This document shows, one piece after another, positions 1 through 10,394 of a stretch of 64,000 nucleotides of DNA. The stretch is from NCBI GenBank assembly GCA_963727775.1, contig CAVSHB010000003.1, positions 160,001-224,000 of the forward strand, given 5' to 3'. Within the stretch, counting starts at the first letter, position 1. The number at the start of each line of letters is the position of its first letter. The notes beneath the pieces were generated by a model, which was given only the letters and a program-made list of their open reading frames with translations, was not told the origin of the DNA and ran no database searches. The translations under genes and the position numbers were made by a program. Origin of the DNA: an uncultured Nitrospiraceae bacterium. GTDB lineage: Bacteria > Nitrospirota > Thermodesulfovibrionia > Thermodesulfovibrionales > SM23-35.

Positions 1-907
1 ACATCACAAGAAGCAAAATGGGTATCCCCATAACAGGATGCATAGTCCATTTGCTTAGGCTCCGGGCCAAAATGCCGGCGCTTTCAACATTGTATTTTTG
101 GACTTTTTCTGTTATATCTTCCGCGAGTTTTATCCTGCTCTGTCCAATCAATGAAGAGATCGGCTCTTTTAATTTTGATTGCGCCTCATCCCTCAGGTCC
201 TCGACCTTCTTAATGTCCCCGGTTTTGAGGTTTGTCATAAGCCATTCCTTCAGGCTCTCGTCACCGGAGAGAATCATTAAGGCCAGCGCCTGTCTTGAAA
301 TGCTTGCCTCAGGCAGAAATCCCGATATTTTTTTTGCGTATTCCTCTATTACGGGGTTATATTTTGCGGCTATAGAAGGAAGGCGAGGGGTCAGGACTGC
401 TTCTTTCAATCTTTGTATCCCCTTCCTCTGTGGCGCTACTGTCCCGATAACCTCTACATTGAGCAACGCACTCAAACCTTGATAGTCTATTTCTATCCCC
501 CTCGCCCTGGCCTCGTCTTCCATATTAAGGTCCAGTATGCAGGGTAATCCCATTTCCGCGAGTTGTATGAGGAGCATGAGCGCCCTTTTAAGATTTTTTG
601 CGTCGGCAACGAGGACAACCGCTTCGGGCTTCTCCTTCAGTAGGATGTCCCTGGTGACTTTTTCATCCTCACTCATTGGAGTAAGATTGTTGACGCCGGG
701 CAAATCAACAACGAGAAATTTATTGTTCCCGATAGTAGTATTTCCGGTCGACACTTCAACGGTCGTCCCCGGATAGTTCGAAACGGTCACATACTTCCCG
801 GTGAGAAGACCGAAGATAACGCTCTTGCCGACATTCGGATTTCCTATAAGGATTATTTTTTCATATTTGTGCGTTTTCTTTTGTTCTATTTTTTTCTCCG
901 ATCTCAT
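1..907 (-). CDS. feoB: Ferrous iron transporter FeoB, N-terminal GTPase part (runs off the window edge)
   Basis: Manual translation from ATG at 907 gives MRSEKKIEQKKTHKYEKIILIGNPNVGKS...NYPGTTVE...DLPG (FeoB G1/G2/G3 motifs). ATGA overlap with the fur stop. Absent from the ORF track because it is truncated. Confidence 0.92.
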   Translation of the reverse strand, partial: MRSEKKIEQKKTHKYEKIILIGNPNVGKSVIFGLLTGKYVTVSNYPGTTVEVSTGNTTIGNNKFLVVDLPGVNNLTPMSEDEKVTRDILLKEKPEAVVLVADAKNLKRALMLLIQLAEMGLPCILDLNMEDEARARGIEIDYQGLSALLNVEVIGTVAPQRKGIQRLKEAVLTPRLPSIAAKYNPVIEEYAKKISGFLPEASISRQALALMILSGDESLKEWLMTNLKTGDIKKVEDLRDEAQSKLKEPISSLIGQSRIKLAEDITEKVQKYNVESAGILARSLSKWTMHPVMGIPILLLVM

Positions 908-1335
908 TTTTTTTGTTTCCGGCAATTCCTGCAATATCCCCGTATCTCGAGGGTATGACTTGCTCCTTGAAAGCCCTGCTTTTTACACACGTTCCCCTGA
1001 ATTCTCTCAAGCTCCTGAGAATAAAATTCTATGACGGCCCCGCATTGCGTGCAAAGCATATGGTCGTGGTGTGCGTGGCCGTAAATGCGTTCATAAATAG
1101 CGCCGTGCTCATCCTTCCTGATCTTTTCAATAATACCGCATTCGCACAGGAGGTTCAGCGTCCTGTAAACGGACGCCCTTGACGCCTTCATCCCGGTCTT
1201 CTTTATCTGCAAATAGAGTGACTCAGGATCGAAATGACCGTCACAAGACAAGGTCTTGCGGAGGATAGCGGCCCTTTCCTTTGTCAGCCGGCGACCGTTG
1301 TCCTTCAGGAATTTATTGAAGATTGTCTTTTCCAT
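904..1335 (-). CDS. fur: Fur-family transcriptional regulator
   Basis: RLTKERAAIL, SRASVYRTLNLL, HHDHMLCTQCG and C-terminal CRNC motifs; directly upstream of feoB. Confidence 0.92.
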   Translation of the reverse strand: MEKTIFNKFLKDNGRRLTKERAAILRKTLSCDGHFDPESLYLQIKKTGMKASRASVYRTLNLLCECGIIEKIRKDEHGAIYERIYGHAHHDHMLCTQCGAVIEFYSQELERIQGNVCKKQGFQGASHTLEIRGYCRNCRKQKK

Positions 1336-1339
1336 ATAA

Positions 1340-1392
1340 ATTGAGATTGAGTCTCAATAACAATTTTATGGAATGGCCCATCTTTTTGTCAA
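1340..1392 (-). promoter_or_regulatory. Sigma70 promoter and Fur-box-like operator for fur-feoB
   Basis: Minus-strand TTGACA (1392-1387) - 18 bp - TAAAAT (1368-1363). Palindrome ATTGAGA-N5-TCTCAAT at 1340-1358 covers the expected transcription start. Confidence 0.7.
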
Positions 1393-1507
1393 GGTAGACC
1401 TGCCCAGCGTGTAGTTTTACATTCTTTCATCATTTATGATAACTTCTAAGCTTAAGATAGATCCCGTTTTCTCCGGGATGAGAAAAGAAAATGCAGGAGG
1501 ATTGCAT

Positions 1508-2704
1508 ATGCTGAAAAAAATTGTTCTTGCGTACTCCGGAGGGCTTGATACCTCTGTCGCGATAGAGTGGCTCAGGGAAAAATATAATGCAAAGATAATC
1601 GCATTCTGTGCGGACCTCGGACAGGGAGAAGACCTCGGGGAAGTAAGAAGGAAGGCATTAAAGACCGGCGCTTCAAAGGTTTATGTGGAGGATTTAAGGG
1701 AAGAGTTTGCGCGTGACTACATATTTCCCATGCTCAGGGCGAACGCTGTTTATGAAGGATCGTATCTGCTCGGCACGTCGATTGCGAGACCGCTGATTGC
1801 AAAAAGGCAGATAGCGATTGCCGAGAAGGAGGGCGCGGAAGCGGTTGCCCATGGCGCTACCGGCAAAGGTAACGACCAGGTAAGATTTGAGCTTACTTAT
1901 TATGCGCTGAAGCCTGATATAAGGGTCATAGCCCCGTGGAGAGAGTGGCCCTTTGATTCAAGAAGCAGTCTCATCGGATATTCAAAAAAACACGGTATCC
2001 CCGTGACGGCGACAAAGAAAAAACCTTACAGCATAGACAGGAACCTGTTCCATATCAGTTATGAAGGCGGGATTCTTGAAGACCCGTGGCAGGAGCCGCC
2101 GTCCGATATGTACACGATGATTACGCCGCCTGAGAAAGCTCCCGGCAAGCCGTCGTATATAGAAATCTCTTATAACAAAGGAAATCCGGTCGCCGTCAAT
2201 AATAAAGCGATGTCACCCGCAAAGCTGCTGGAGACGTTGAATGCGATCGCGGGTAAAAGCGGCATAGGGAGAGTTGATATCGTAGAAAACAGGTACGTAG
2301 GGATTAAATCAAGAGGTGTGTACGAAACACCCGGGGGCACGGTGCTTCATGCGGCCCACAGGGCCATGGAATCGATCACTCTTGATAGGGAGATAATGCA
2401 TCTCAGGGACTCTCTCATAACACGATATTCAGAGATGGTGTACTACGGCTACTGGTTTTCTCCCGAGCGGCTCGCCGTCCAGGGCCTTATAGACAATATA
2501 CAGGAAAATGTAACCGGCGTTGTAAGGGTAAAGCTATTTAAGGGCAACTGCTCTATAGTCGGCAGAAAGTCTCCCAATTCGCTGTATAACCCCGAGCTTG
2601 CAACTTTCGAAACGGAACAGGTTTATAATCAGAAAGATGCGGAAGGCTTTATTAAGATCAACGCCCTTAGGTTGAAGCTGGGGGCATTACCTCGGATGAA
2701 ATAA
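1508..2704 (+). CDS. argG: Argininosuccinate synthase
   Basis: [37 protein letters not shown]. Start moved to ATG 1508, which follows an AGGAGG RBS. Confidence 0.97.
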   Translation: MLKKIVLAYSGGLDTSVAIEWLREKYNAKIIAFCADLGQGEDLGEVRRKALKTGASKVYVEDLREEFARDYIFPMLRANAVYEGSYLLGTSIARPLIAKRQIAIAEKEGAEAVAHGATGKGNDQVRFELTYYALKPDIRVIAPWREWPFDSRSSLIGYSKKHGIPVTATKKKPYSIDRNLFHISYEGGILEDPWQEPPSDMYTMITPPEKAPGKPSYIEISYNKGNPVAVNNKAMSPAKLLETLNAIAGKSGIGRVDIVENRYVGIKSRGVYETPGGTVLHAAHRAMESITLDREIMHLRDSLITRYSEMVYYGYWFSPERLAVQGLIDNIQENVTGVVRVKLFKGNCSIVGRKSPNSLYNPELATFETEQVYNQKDAEGFIKINALRLKLGALPRMK

Positions 2705-2707
2705 ATT

Positions 2708-3792
2708 ATGTCGGATATAAGATACTGGATCGGTTTGTCCATGTTGCCGGAAATAGGCCCCATTGGTGCGAAGAAATTGCTCGCGGTGTTCGGCACGCCT
2801 GAAAAGATTTTCAATGCGGGATCTGATGACCTGCTTTCTATAGGTGGTATCGGTCCGAACAGGTCAAGAAATATAAAAAGGTTTTCAGCATGGAAAGATG
2901 TCGAAAAACAGATTGACATAATGGTAAAAAAGGGCATTGAGGCTATCAGTCTTGAGAACCCTTTATATCCCGGCATGCTCAGAGAAATAGATGATGCTCC
3001 CGTTGTTGTTTATATAAAAGGCGATATCCAGTCTCAGGACAAATACGCAGTCGCAATTGTCGGATCACGGAAGGTGACCCACTACGGCACATCAGTCGCA
3101 GCGAATATTTCAGAAGAACTTGCGTCCATGGGCTTTACTGTTGTGAGCTGCCTAGCGAGAGGCATTGATTCTATTTCGCACAAGGGTGCGATAAAAGCCG
3201 GGGGCAGGACGTTTGCGGTGCTCGGGTCCGGAGTCGATGTCCCTTACCCTCCGGAAAACAAGACCCTAATGGATAAAATCTCAGCCTCCGGGTGTGTAAT
3301 GAGTGAATTCCCTCCGGGGACGGCTCCTGACAGGGAGAATTTCCCCAGGAGGAACAGGCTGATCAGCGGCCTCTCCCTGGGTGTCCTTGTGATAGAAGCT
3401 GCTGCCGACAGCGGCGCTCTCATAACCGCGCGGTTCGCAATCGAGCAGGGCAGAGAGGTCTTCGCTGTGCCCGGGAATGTTTCGTCACTAATTCCAGAGG
3501 CGCCAATGAACTGATTAAACAAGGTGCGGTCCTGACGCGTAAGGCCGATGATATCGTCGCCGAACTCGCCCCCGTTCTAAAGGGTTTCATAAAAGCGAAG
3601 GATAAGGTTAAGATAGAAGTTACCGCAATGGAAAAGGACTTATGCAATCTGCTCTCGGTAGAGCCGAAGCAGATAGACGTTATTTCAAGAGAAAGCGGGT
3701 TGCCAGCATCGCAAGTGCTGGGGACCCTTCTTGGATTAGAGTTAAAAGGTGCGGTCAAACAAATAACAGGAAAGAGGTTTTATTTAACATGA
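2708..3792 (+). pseudogene. dprA: DNA-protecting protein DprA, frameshifted near 3488 (real mutation or sequencing error)
   Basis: VAIVGSRK, LARGID, NFPRRNRLISGLS, SGALITA. The C-terminus NSRGANELIKQGA...LLGLELKGAVKQITGKRFYLT continues in another frame to TGA 3792, overlapping the topA ATG. Confidence 0.88.
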
Positions 3793-6122
3793 TTTCACTT
3801 GTAATTGTTGAGTCGCCTGCAAAGGCAAAGACAATAAATAAGATACTCGGGAAGGAGTTTACCGTAAAGGCGTCTGTCGGCCATATAAAAGACCTTCCCG
3901 CAAAGGAACTCGGGGTCGATGTAGAGAAGAATTTTGAGCCCAGCTATGTTGTCATCCCCGGCAAGGAAAAAATTATCAAGGAGCTTAAGAAGGCCTCAAA
4001 AGAGGTTGATAAGATATTTCTCGCTCCCGACCCTGACAGAGAGGGAGAAGCAATCGCATGGCATATAGCATCTGAAATATCAAATAAAAAATCAAAGGAC
4101 TCGAATGAGAAAATATACAGGATTATTTTCAATGAGATAACCGAGCGGGCTGTGCAGGAGGCCATAAAAAATCCTAAAAAAATCGACATGGACAAGGTTG
4201 ACGCCCAGCAAGCGCGGAGGATACTCGACAGGCTTGTCGGTTACGGACTCAGCCCGCTGCTCTGGCGCAAGGTGCGCAGAGGTCTTAGCGCCGGTAGAGT
4301 ACAGTCTGTTGCCGTAAAACTTGTTGTGGACAGAGAGCGTGAAATAGACGCGTTCAGTCCCGAAGAATACTGGAGTATAAATGCGGAATTCGAAGGATCA
4401 AACCCCCCGGTATTCTGGGCGAGGCTTCATAAGATAGAACAACCTGAGACCGCCGGACAAACACTGTCGGACAATAAATTTCTCATCCCGAACGCAATGA
4501 CATCAAATGCCATAGTTGAGGATTTAAAAGACAAAGAGTTTGTGCTGGGCAAGATAGAGCGGAAACAAAGAAAAAGGATGCCTTATCCACCTTTTATCAC
4601 GAGCACCCTGCAGCAGGAAGCGGTAAGGAAACTGAGGTTCCCGGCAAAAAAGACGATGGTAATAGCACAGCAGCTTTATGAGGGGATAGAACTTGGAGAT
4701 GAAGGCGCTGTAGGACTTATTACCTATATGAGAACAGATTCACACAGGATAGCTCCGGAGGCACAGGAATGGTCAAGGAGACTCATCGAGAAGGTTTACG
4801 GCAAAGACTACATCCCTGAAAAACCTCCTGTTTACAAGAACAAGGCCTCTGCCCAGGAGGCGCATGAGGCAATAAGGCCGACCTATCCCGACAAAAGTCC
4901 GGAATCGATAAAACGGTTTCTTTCGAAGGACCAGTATACACTTTACTCTCTTATATGGAACCGGTTCATTGCAAGCCAGATGTCGCCCGCGCAGCTTGAA
5001 CAGACAACGTTTATCATTAATGGATTAAAAGCCGGACAGTCTGTCAGCGCATATGAACTCAGGGCTTCGGGAACTGTAGTCCGTTTTGACGGATTTATGG
5101 CCCTGTATACAGAAGGTAAAGATGATATGGAAGAAGAGAGCGGCTCGACATTGCCTGCACTGAAAGAGAGCGAGCGGTTAAAGCTTCTCAATTTGCAGCC
5201 GAAGCAGCATTTTACGCAACCTCCGCCCCGTTTTACCGAGGCGACACTCGTGAAGACACTGGAGGAGAAAGGTATCGGCAGACCGAGCACATATGCGGCG
5301 ATACTCTCTACGATCCAGGACAGGAAGTATGTCAATAAGACCGACGGTAAATTCTCTCCGACGGAGCTCGGGACTGTTGTGAATGATTATCTCGTTGAAA
5401 AATTCGGAGACCTGATAGATGTAGGCTTCACAGCAAAAATGGAAGACGAGCTTGACAGTATTGAAGACGGAAAGATTAAATGGGAAAAAGTCGTAAAGGA
5501 TTTCTATAAGCCTTTCAATACAGACCTCACAGAAGCCCTGAAAACTTCCGGTAAGGTAAAACCTAAAGATATCCCGACCGAGGAGGTGTGTGAGAAGTGC
5601 GGCCTTCCCATGGTCATCAGGTGGGGAAGGCACGGCAGGTTTCTGGCGTGCTCAGGTTTCCCTGAATGTAAGAATACGAAACCTTTGCAAACAGAAGGAG
5701 CAGAGCAAAAAGCGAACGGTAATGGGAACGTTGCACAGCAGACGGATGAGAAATGTGAGAAGTGCGGTTCACCTATGGTACTAAAGTCGGGCCGGTACGG
5801 GAAATTTCTTGCATGTTCAAAGTATCCGGAATGCAAAAATACAAAGCCTTTGTCTACAGGAGTGAAATGTCCTAAAGACGGAGGGGATCTTGTTGAGAGG
5901 CGGTCGAAAAAAGGAAAGCCGTTCTGGAGTTGCAGCAATTATCCCCAATGCAAATTCGCCTCATGGTATAAACCTGTCCCGGGGAAATGCCCGAAATGCG
6001 GGGCCGATTTCTTGTTCGAAAAATACGGTAAGAGCGGAGATATTACCTTATTCTGCCATGATAAAGAATGCGGGTACAAAGAAGCTGAAAAAGCACAGGA
6101 AGAAGCAGCAGTAACCGCCTGA
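3789..6122 (+). CDS. topA: DNA topoisomerase I with C-terminal zinc ribbons
   Basis: LVIVESPAKAKTI, DPDREGEAIAWH, SAGRVQS, GLITYMRTDS and repeated CxxC zinc fingers. True start ATG 3789. Confidence 0.97.
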   Translation: MISLVIVESPAKAKTINKILGKEFTVKASVGHIKDLPAKELGVDVEKNFEPSYVVIPGKEKIIKELKKASKEVDKIFLAPDPDREGEAIAWHIASEISNKKSKDSNEKIYRIIFNEITERAVQEAIKNPKKIDMDKVDAQQARRILDRLVGYGLSPLLWRKVRRGLSAGRVQSVAVKLVVDREREIDAFSPEEYWSINAEFEGSNPPVFWARLHKIEQPETAGQTLSDNKFLIPNAMTSNAIVEDLKDKEFVLGKIERKQRKRMPYPPFITSTLQQEAVRKLRFPAKKTMVIAQQLYEGIELGDEGAVGLITYMRTDSHRIAPEAQEWSRRLIEKVYGKDYIPEKPPVYKNKASAQEAHEAIRPTYPDKSPESIKRFLSKDQYTLYSLIWNRFIASQMSPAQLEQTTFIINGLKAGQSVSAYELRASGTVVRFDGFMALYTEGKDDMEEESGSTLPALKESERLKLLNLQPKQHFTQPPPRFTEATLVKTLEEKGIGRPSTYAAILSTIQDRKYVNKTDGKFSPTELGTVVNDYLVEKFGDLIDVGFTAKMEDELDSIEDGKIKWEKVVKDFYKPFNTDLTEALKTSGKVKPKDIPTEEVCEKCGLPMVIRWGRHGRFLACSGFPECKNTKPLQTEGAEQKANGNGNVAQQTDEKCEKCGSPMVLKSGRYGKFLACSKYPECKNTKPLSTGVKCPKDGGDLVERRSKKGKPFWSCSNYPQCKFASWYKPVPGKCPKCGADFLFEKYGKSGDITLFCHDKECGYKEAEKAQEEAAVTA

Positions 6123-6123
6123 G

Positions 6124-6666
6124 ATGAGGCCGGTCATCGTAGGGATCGGCGGCGCATATAGCGGCGCCGGAAAGACCACAATCGCTTCCTTGGTCCTGAA
6201 AAACTTTAAGGGTTGGGGAGCGATAAAATATACAAAGACTTCTCTCTATAGTTCAATAACGGACAATATGGAAATCCTCTCGGAGCCGGGCAAGGATACG
6301 AACAGACTGCTCGATTCCGGCGCCGAGAAAGTGCTATGGGTCCAGGCGCCTTATTCCGAACTGATTGATATCCTTCCCGCGGCGGTGGAGATGCTCGGCC
6401 ATCTCCGGGGCATTGTGGTAGAAGGCAACGGCGCGGTAGAGGTTTTGAAACCCGACATTGTCGTATTCGTATCAGGATCGGCAAAGAAATTCAAATCTGG
6501 AGCGGACAAAATCCTTTCTGCGGCGGATGTTGTTGTCTTTGATAATGGGCCTCCATTGAAAACACCAAAAGCAGCCAAAGTGTTTAGCCTGGATAATATG
6601 GGGGAATGTGTGAAATTTATAAAGGGGCTTATAGAGAAATATGAAGATAACAGAAACAACGAATAG
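6124..6666 (+). CDS. P-loop NTPase, MobB-like
   Basis: GIGGAYSGAGKTT Walker A and DTNRLLDSGA motif; translationally adjacent to topA. Confidence 0.55.
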   Translation: MRPVIVGIGGAYSGAGKTTIASLVLKNFKGWGAIKYTKTSLYSSITDNMEILSEPGKDTNRLLDSGAEKVLWVQAPYSELIDILPAAVEMLGHLRGIVVEGNGAVEVLKPDIVVFVSGSAKKFKSGADKILSAADVVVFDNGPPLKTPKAAKVFSLDNMGECVKFIKGLIEKYEDNRNNE

Positions 6667-6672
6667 AGAGGA

Positions 6673-7140
6673 TTAAAATATTGTGGTAAGCCGTTCCGTC
6701 ACTTCCCGGAGACGAAGTGACAGAATGCGGATGAAACCCTTCAGTATCTTTATGCCTGTATAAGGATATTGCTGAATGAGAGCGCCCAATGATTCGTTTC
6801 TTAGCATAAGTATTGTCGTATTATCGACAGTCTCAACAGTAGCGGAGCGTTGATGCTTATCGAATACAGAGAGCTCTCCGATAAGCGCTCCTATGCCCAA
6901 TAAGGCTATAATTACCTGATTTCCTTTGAACTCCGTTTTTTTCTTAACTTCCAGTTTGCCTGAAAGGACAATGCCGATAAAATCGCCGGGATCTCCTTCT
7001 TTAAAAACAACGGTCTTTGCGGGATAGGTAGTCAATTCAAAGAATGGCGCGATTTTTTCTACCTCATCGTCATCGATTAAAGAGAATATTTTCTCTTTTC
7101 TGAGTTTTTGAAGCTGCTCTTTTATTTTGCTGTTTCCCAT
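6673..7140 (-). CDS. Stand-alone cyclic-nucleotide-binding domain protein
   Basis: VFKEGDPGD, IVLSGKLEV, GELSVFDKHQRSATV; no HTH domain. Confidence 0.85.
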   Translation of the reverse strand: MGNSKIKEQLQKLRKEKIFSLIDDDEVEKIAPFFELTTYPAKTVVFKEGDPGDFIGIVLSGKLEVKKKTEFKGNQVIIALLGIGALIGELSVFDKHQRSATVETVDNTTILMLRNESLGALIQQYPYTGIKILKGFIRILSLRLREVTERLTTIF

Positions 7141-7192
7141 ATTTGGTCTGCCCTGCTTTATTTTACATCACGTTCATTTAATGCCGAAGCAT

Positions 7193-7633
7193 TTATTTCT
7201 TTTCAAAGATATATTTGCTGATTAAGTTCTCGATATCGACCGTTGATTCTGTTTCTGTCATTAAACCGTTGGCCTTTATATATTCTTCTGAACCGCCCGG
7301 CGAAATCTTAATGTACTTATCTCCGATAATGCCCTGTGTTCTTACGCTCGCGATGGAATCCTGCTGAATTTTAACATCCGGATTGATGAGCATCTCAACC
7401 AGTGCCTCATAGTTCTTGAGGTGTATCTTCGAAACCTGACCGACCTTAACACCTGCAATCTCGACTTCAGAGCCTTCCTTGAGTCCGGAAATATTTGAGA
7501 AACGTGCTTTGACGACATATTGTTTGGTCCCGAGCAGATGCACATCGCCCAGTTTTACGGAGAGATAGGCAAGACATATGAGTCCCACAATTAAAAAAAT
7601 TCCAACACCGGTTTCAATATTTATTCTGTTCAT
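7193..7633 (-). CDS. mlaD: MCE-domain lipid asymmetry protein MlaD
   Basis: N-terminal TM segment, FSNISGLKEGSEVEIAGVKVGQV, GIIGDKYIKISPGG. Confidence 0.92.
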   Translation of the reverse strand: MNRINIETGVGIFLIVGLICLAYLSVKLGDVHLLGTKQYVVKARFSNISGLKEGSEVEIAGVKVGQVSKIHLKNYEALVEMLINPDVKIQQDSIASVRTQGIIGDKYIKISPGGSEEYIKANGLMTETESTVDIENLISKYIFEKK

Positions 7634-8418
7634 TTATTCTCCTCCTCCTCCTCCACTAATTCGCTTTTATAAATATGCCCCATCGTCTTTTCCACAAAAT
7701 CTTTGATTATCGGATTGTCGGAGATCTGGAAAGCCTCCGGCGGAAGGCAGTCTTGAATGATCCCGTCGTGCAGCAATGCCACGTAATCGGCGAGTTTGAA
7801 AATCTTCGGCACGTCGTGGCTGACAATAACGGAGGTATATCCTAATTTTGTCTGTGTCCGGAAAAAAATATGGTATATTTCATTGCTCTTTGCAACATCC
7901 AGACCTGTCGTAGGTTCATCGAAGAATATGATTTTAGGGTTCAGCACGATCGCTCTTGCCAGGCCGACTCTTTTTCTCATCCCTCCGCTAAGCTGCGCCG
8001 GATATTTATCATTGCTTCCTTCAAGGTCCATCAGTTTCAATTTCTCATCCACAATTGCCTTTATCTCTTCTTCCGAGGCTTTTGTTCGTTCTCTCAGCGG
8101 GAGCGCTACGTTTTCGAAGACCGTCATTGAGTCGAACAAAGCCGCATTCTGAAAGAGGACGCCGAAATCGGCCCTGATAGTATTCAGCTCTTTCCTGCCG
8201 ATCTCATTGATGTCCCTGTTATATACGAGGACTTTTCCACTGTCGGGTTTTATAAGGCCGAGAATATGTTTAATGATAAGGCTTTTGCCTTGCCCGCTCT
8301 CACCCACAATGACCGTTGTCTTCCCTTCAAATATGGAGAGATTGATCCCTTTCAGCACAAGCTGTGAGCCGAACTTTTTTTTCACGTTTATTAATTGGAT
8401 CATGGGCTTCATGTTCAT
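7630..8418 (-). CDS. mlaF: ABC transporter ATPase MlaF
   Basis: GESGQGKS, LFQNAALFDSMTV, LSGGMRKRVGLARA, FDEPTTGLD; lies between mlaE and mlaD. Confidence 0.9.
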   Translation of the reverse strand: MNMKPMIQLINVKKKFGSQLVLKGINLSIFEGKTTVIVGESGQGKSLIIKHILGLIKPDSGKVLVYNRDINEIGRKELNTIRADFGVLFQNAALFDSMTVFENVALPLRERTKASEEEIKAIVDEKLKLMDLEGSNDKYPAQLSGGMRKRVGLARAIVLNPKIIFFDEPTTGLDVAKSNEIYHIFFRTQTKLGYTSVIVSHDVPKIFKLADYVALLHDGIIQDCLPPEAFQISDNPIIKDFVEKTMGHIYKSELVEEEEENK

Positions 8419-9212
8419 AGAAGTAGGGATGTTATAAAATAATCGACTACAAGAATTGCAACAGAGGATAATACTACGGCACTCGTAGTCGCCCTGCTGA
8501 CCCCCTCTGCGCCAAACCCTCCTTTTCTCTCAAGATGGACAAAAAAACCCTTGGAAGCGCAAATCCATACGACCAGAAGACCGAAACACAAAGACTTTAC
8601 AAAACCCATATAGACATCATTAAATTCCACGGTCTTATACATGCTGTTAAAATAAGCCCCTTCGTTTGTTCCAAGGAGTTTTACGCCTACAATGTAGCCG
8701 CCGAGAATACCGATGACATCGAATATCGCCGTAAGCAGAGGCATCGATAAAACGGTTGCGATAAATTTCGGCGCCATAATGTATTTGTGCGGGTCGATAG
8801 CCATGCATTCCAGCGCATCTATCTGTTCAGAGTTCCTCATAATGCCTATTTCCGCGCATATGGCGGAGCCCGCCCTTCCTGTTACCATAAGCGCCGTCAA
8901 TACAGGACCTAATTCTCTTACGAGGCTCAGTGCAACCGCCGACCCCAGCAACCCTTCAGAACTGAATTTGCGTAGTGTATTATACCCCTGAAGGCCGAGC
9001 ACCATGCCGGTGAAGGCGCCGGTAAAGCCGATGACGAATATCGACAGCGATCCTATGATATATATCTGCTTGGTAATGTGTGAAAGTTTATAGTAAGGTG
9101 GTTTGAGTATATTGATAATGACAAAAACAAGAAATATCACCATCCTTCCCGCATGATTGACATAGTACAAAAACAGATCGCCTAATCTTTCGAAAAATCT
9201 GAGTATGATCAT
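8415..9212 (-). CDS. mlaE: ABC transporter permease MlaE
   Basis: RELGPVLTALMVTGRAGSA, EQIDALECM, GAEGVSRATTSAVV. Confidence 0.93.
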   Translation of the reverse strand: MIILRFFERLGDLFLYYVNHAGRMVIFLVFVIINILKPPYYKLSHITKQIYIIGSLSIFVIGFTGAFTGMVLGLQGYNTLRKFSSEGLLGSAVALSLVRELGPVLTALMVTGRAGSAICAEIGIMRNSEQIDALECMAIDPHKYIMAPKFIATVLSMPLLTAIFDVIGILGGYIVGVKLLGTNEGAYFNSMYKTVEFNDVYMGFVKSLCFGLLVVWICASKGFFVHLERKGGFGAEGVSRATTSAVVLSSVAILVVDYFITSLLL

Positions 9213-9335
9213 AAGATTGATAACCGGACCTTATTTAAAATTTGATTATTGATAATATACAATATACAAAAAATACAAGGTATTGTAAAATTTTGAAGGC
9301 TTGCCGAAATATATTTTGACGTCAAAGGAGAATAA

Positions 9336-10346
9336 ATGCCGAAACTCATTGTGAAATTCCTGACAGGTGAAGAGAAGGCCGGAGACGCCATGATGTTTAA
9401 TTTGAATAAGCCTGCTTTTCATATGCAGGTTGAAACCGGTGAAGGAAAGACAGAGACGCAGAGCGTGCGTCTGGATTCCGTGAAGATGATCCTTTTTCTC
9501 AAGAAGGAAGCATTGCCGGGGTCCCATCTGAGGACGGAAACGATTGACCAGTCAATATACGCCGGCACTTTGGCTTTCAGACTGAGGGTCGAATTCAGGG
9601 ACGGCGAGGTAATCAGCGGGTCTACCCTTAAATATGATCCGAACGATAAAGGTTTCTTTTTGATCCCTTTAAATCCTGCTGACATAAGTGAACGGATTTA
9701 TGTAAACGCCCAGGCGATTGAAAATGCGGATTGTAAGAGACTGCTGGGGAAAATACTGGTTGATCAGCAGAAGATTACCGTTGAACAGTTAACGGTATCC
9801 CTGAGATATCAGCGAGAGCATAGGGAGAAGAGAATAGGGACTATTTTAAAGGAGAAAGCAATAATAAGCGAAAAGCAATTACAGGAATCTTTGCAGAAAC
9901 AGAAAGAAAAGAACAAGCTCCTTGGAGAAATTTTATTGGAGGCCGGATATATATCGCCCGAACAACTGGACTATGCCCTGCACATCCAGAAAAAGAACAG
10001 GGAGAAAAGGCTCGGACAGGTTTTGGTAGAGCTCAAATATATAGCTCCTAATGATATCTGTATTGCATTAGCCACACAGTTTCATATGCCATGGATAGAC
10101 CTTTCCCGGGAGAAGCTCTCCCCGGATATTGTAAAAAGCCTGCCTGAAGAAGTTATAAGGAAATTGGAGGTGATACCTGTCGAGAAAAAAGGGCAGAATA
10201 CCCTTATTGTTGCTGTCTCTCAGCCGCAGGACCCTGAGCTGGGAGCGATAATCAGTAAATTTACTCCTTTAAAAGTGGAGCTTGTAGTTGCGTACGAAGG
10301 ATATATCGGATCGGCTATCCGCTCTTTTTTCCCTGCAAAGGAGTGA
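9336..10346 (+). CDS. DUF6982-like N-terminal domain + four MshEN-type motifs + T2SSE_N-like subdomain, no ATPase
   Basis: Repeats RLLGKILV, KRIGTILK, KLLGEILLEAGYISPEQLDYALHIQ, KRLGQVLVEL; C-terminus resembles the PilB/GspE N-terminal region. Confidence 0.7.
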   Translation: MPKLIVKFLTGEEKAGDAMMFNLNKPAFHMQVETGEGKTETQSVRLDSVKMILFLKKEALPGSHLRTETIDQSIYAGTLAFRLRVEFRDGEVISGSTLKYDPNDKGFFLIPLNPADISERIYVNAQAIENADCKRLLGKILVDQQKITVEQLTVSLRYQREHREKRIGTILKEKAIISEKQLQESLQKQKEKNKLLGEILLEAGYISPEQLDYALHIQKKNREKRLGQVLVELKYIAPNDICIALATQFHMPWIDLSREKLSPDIVKSLPEEVIRKLEVIPVEKKGQNTLIVAVSQPQDPELGAIISKFTPLKVELVVAYEGYIGSAIRSFFPAKE

Positions 10347-10394
10347 ATTGAATTTCATAACAATGCTGCCATATTCCGTTATAAGGAGAAAACT

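Noticed and set aside
18..1182. Plus-strand ORFs here and the many other short antisense or nested ORFs in the track
   Set aside because: They are shadows of well-supported genes on the other strand or frame and have no recognisable motifs.
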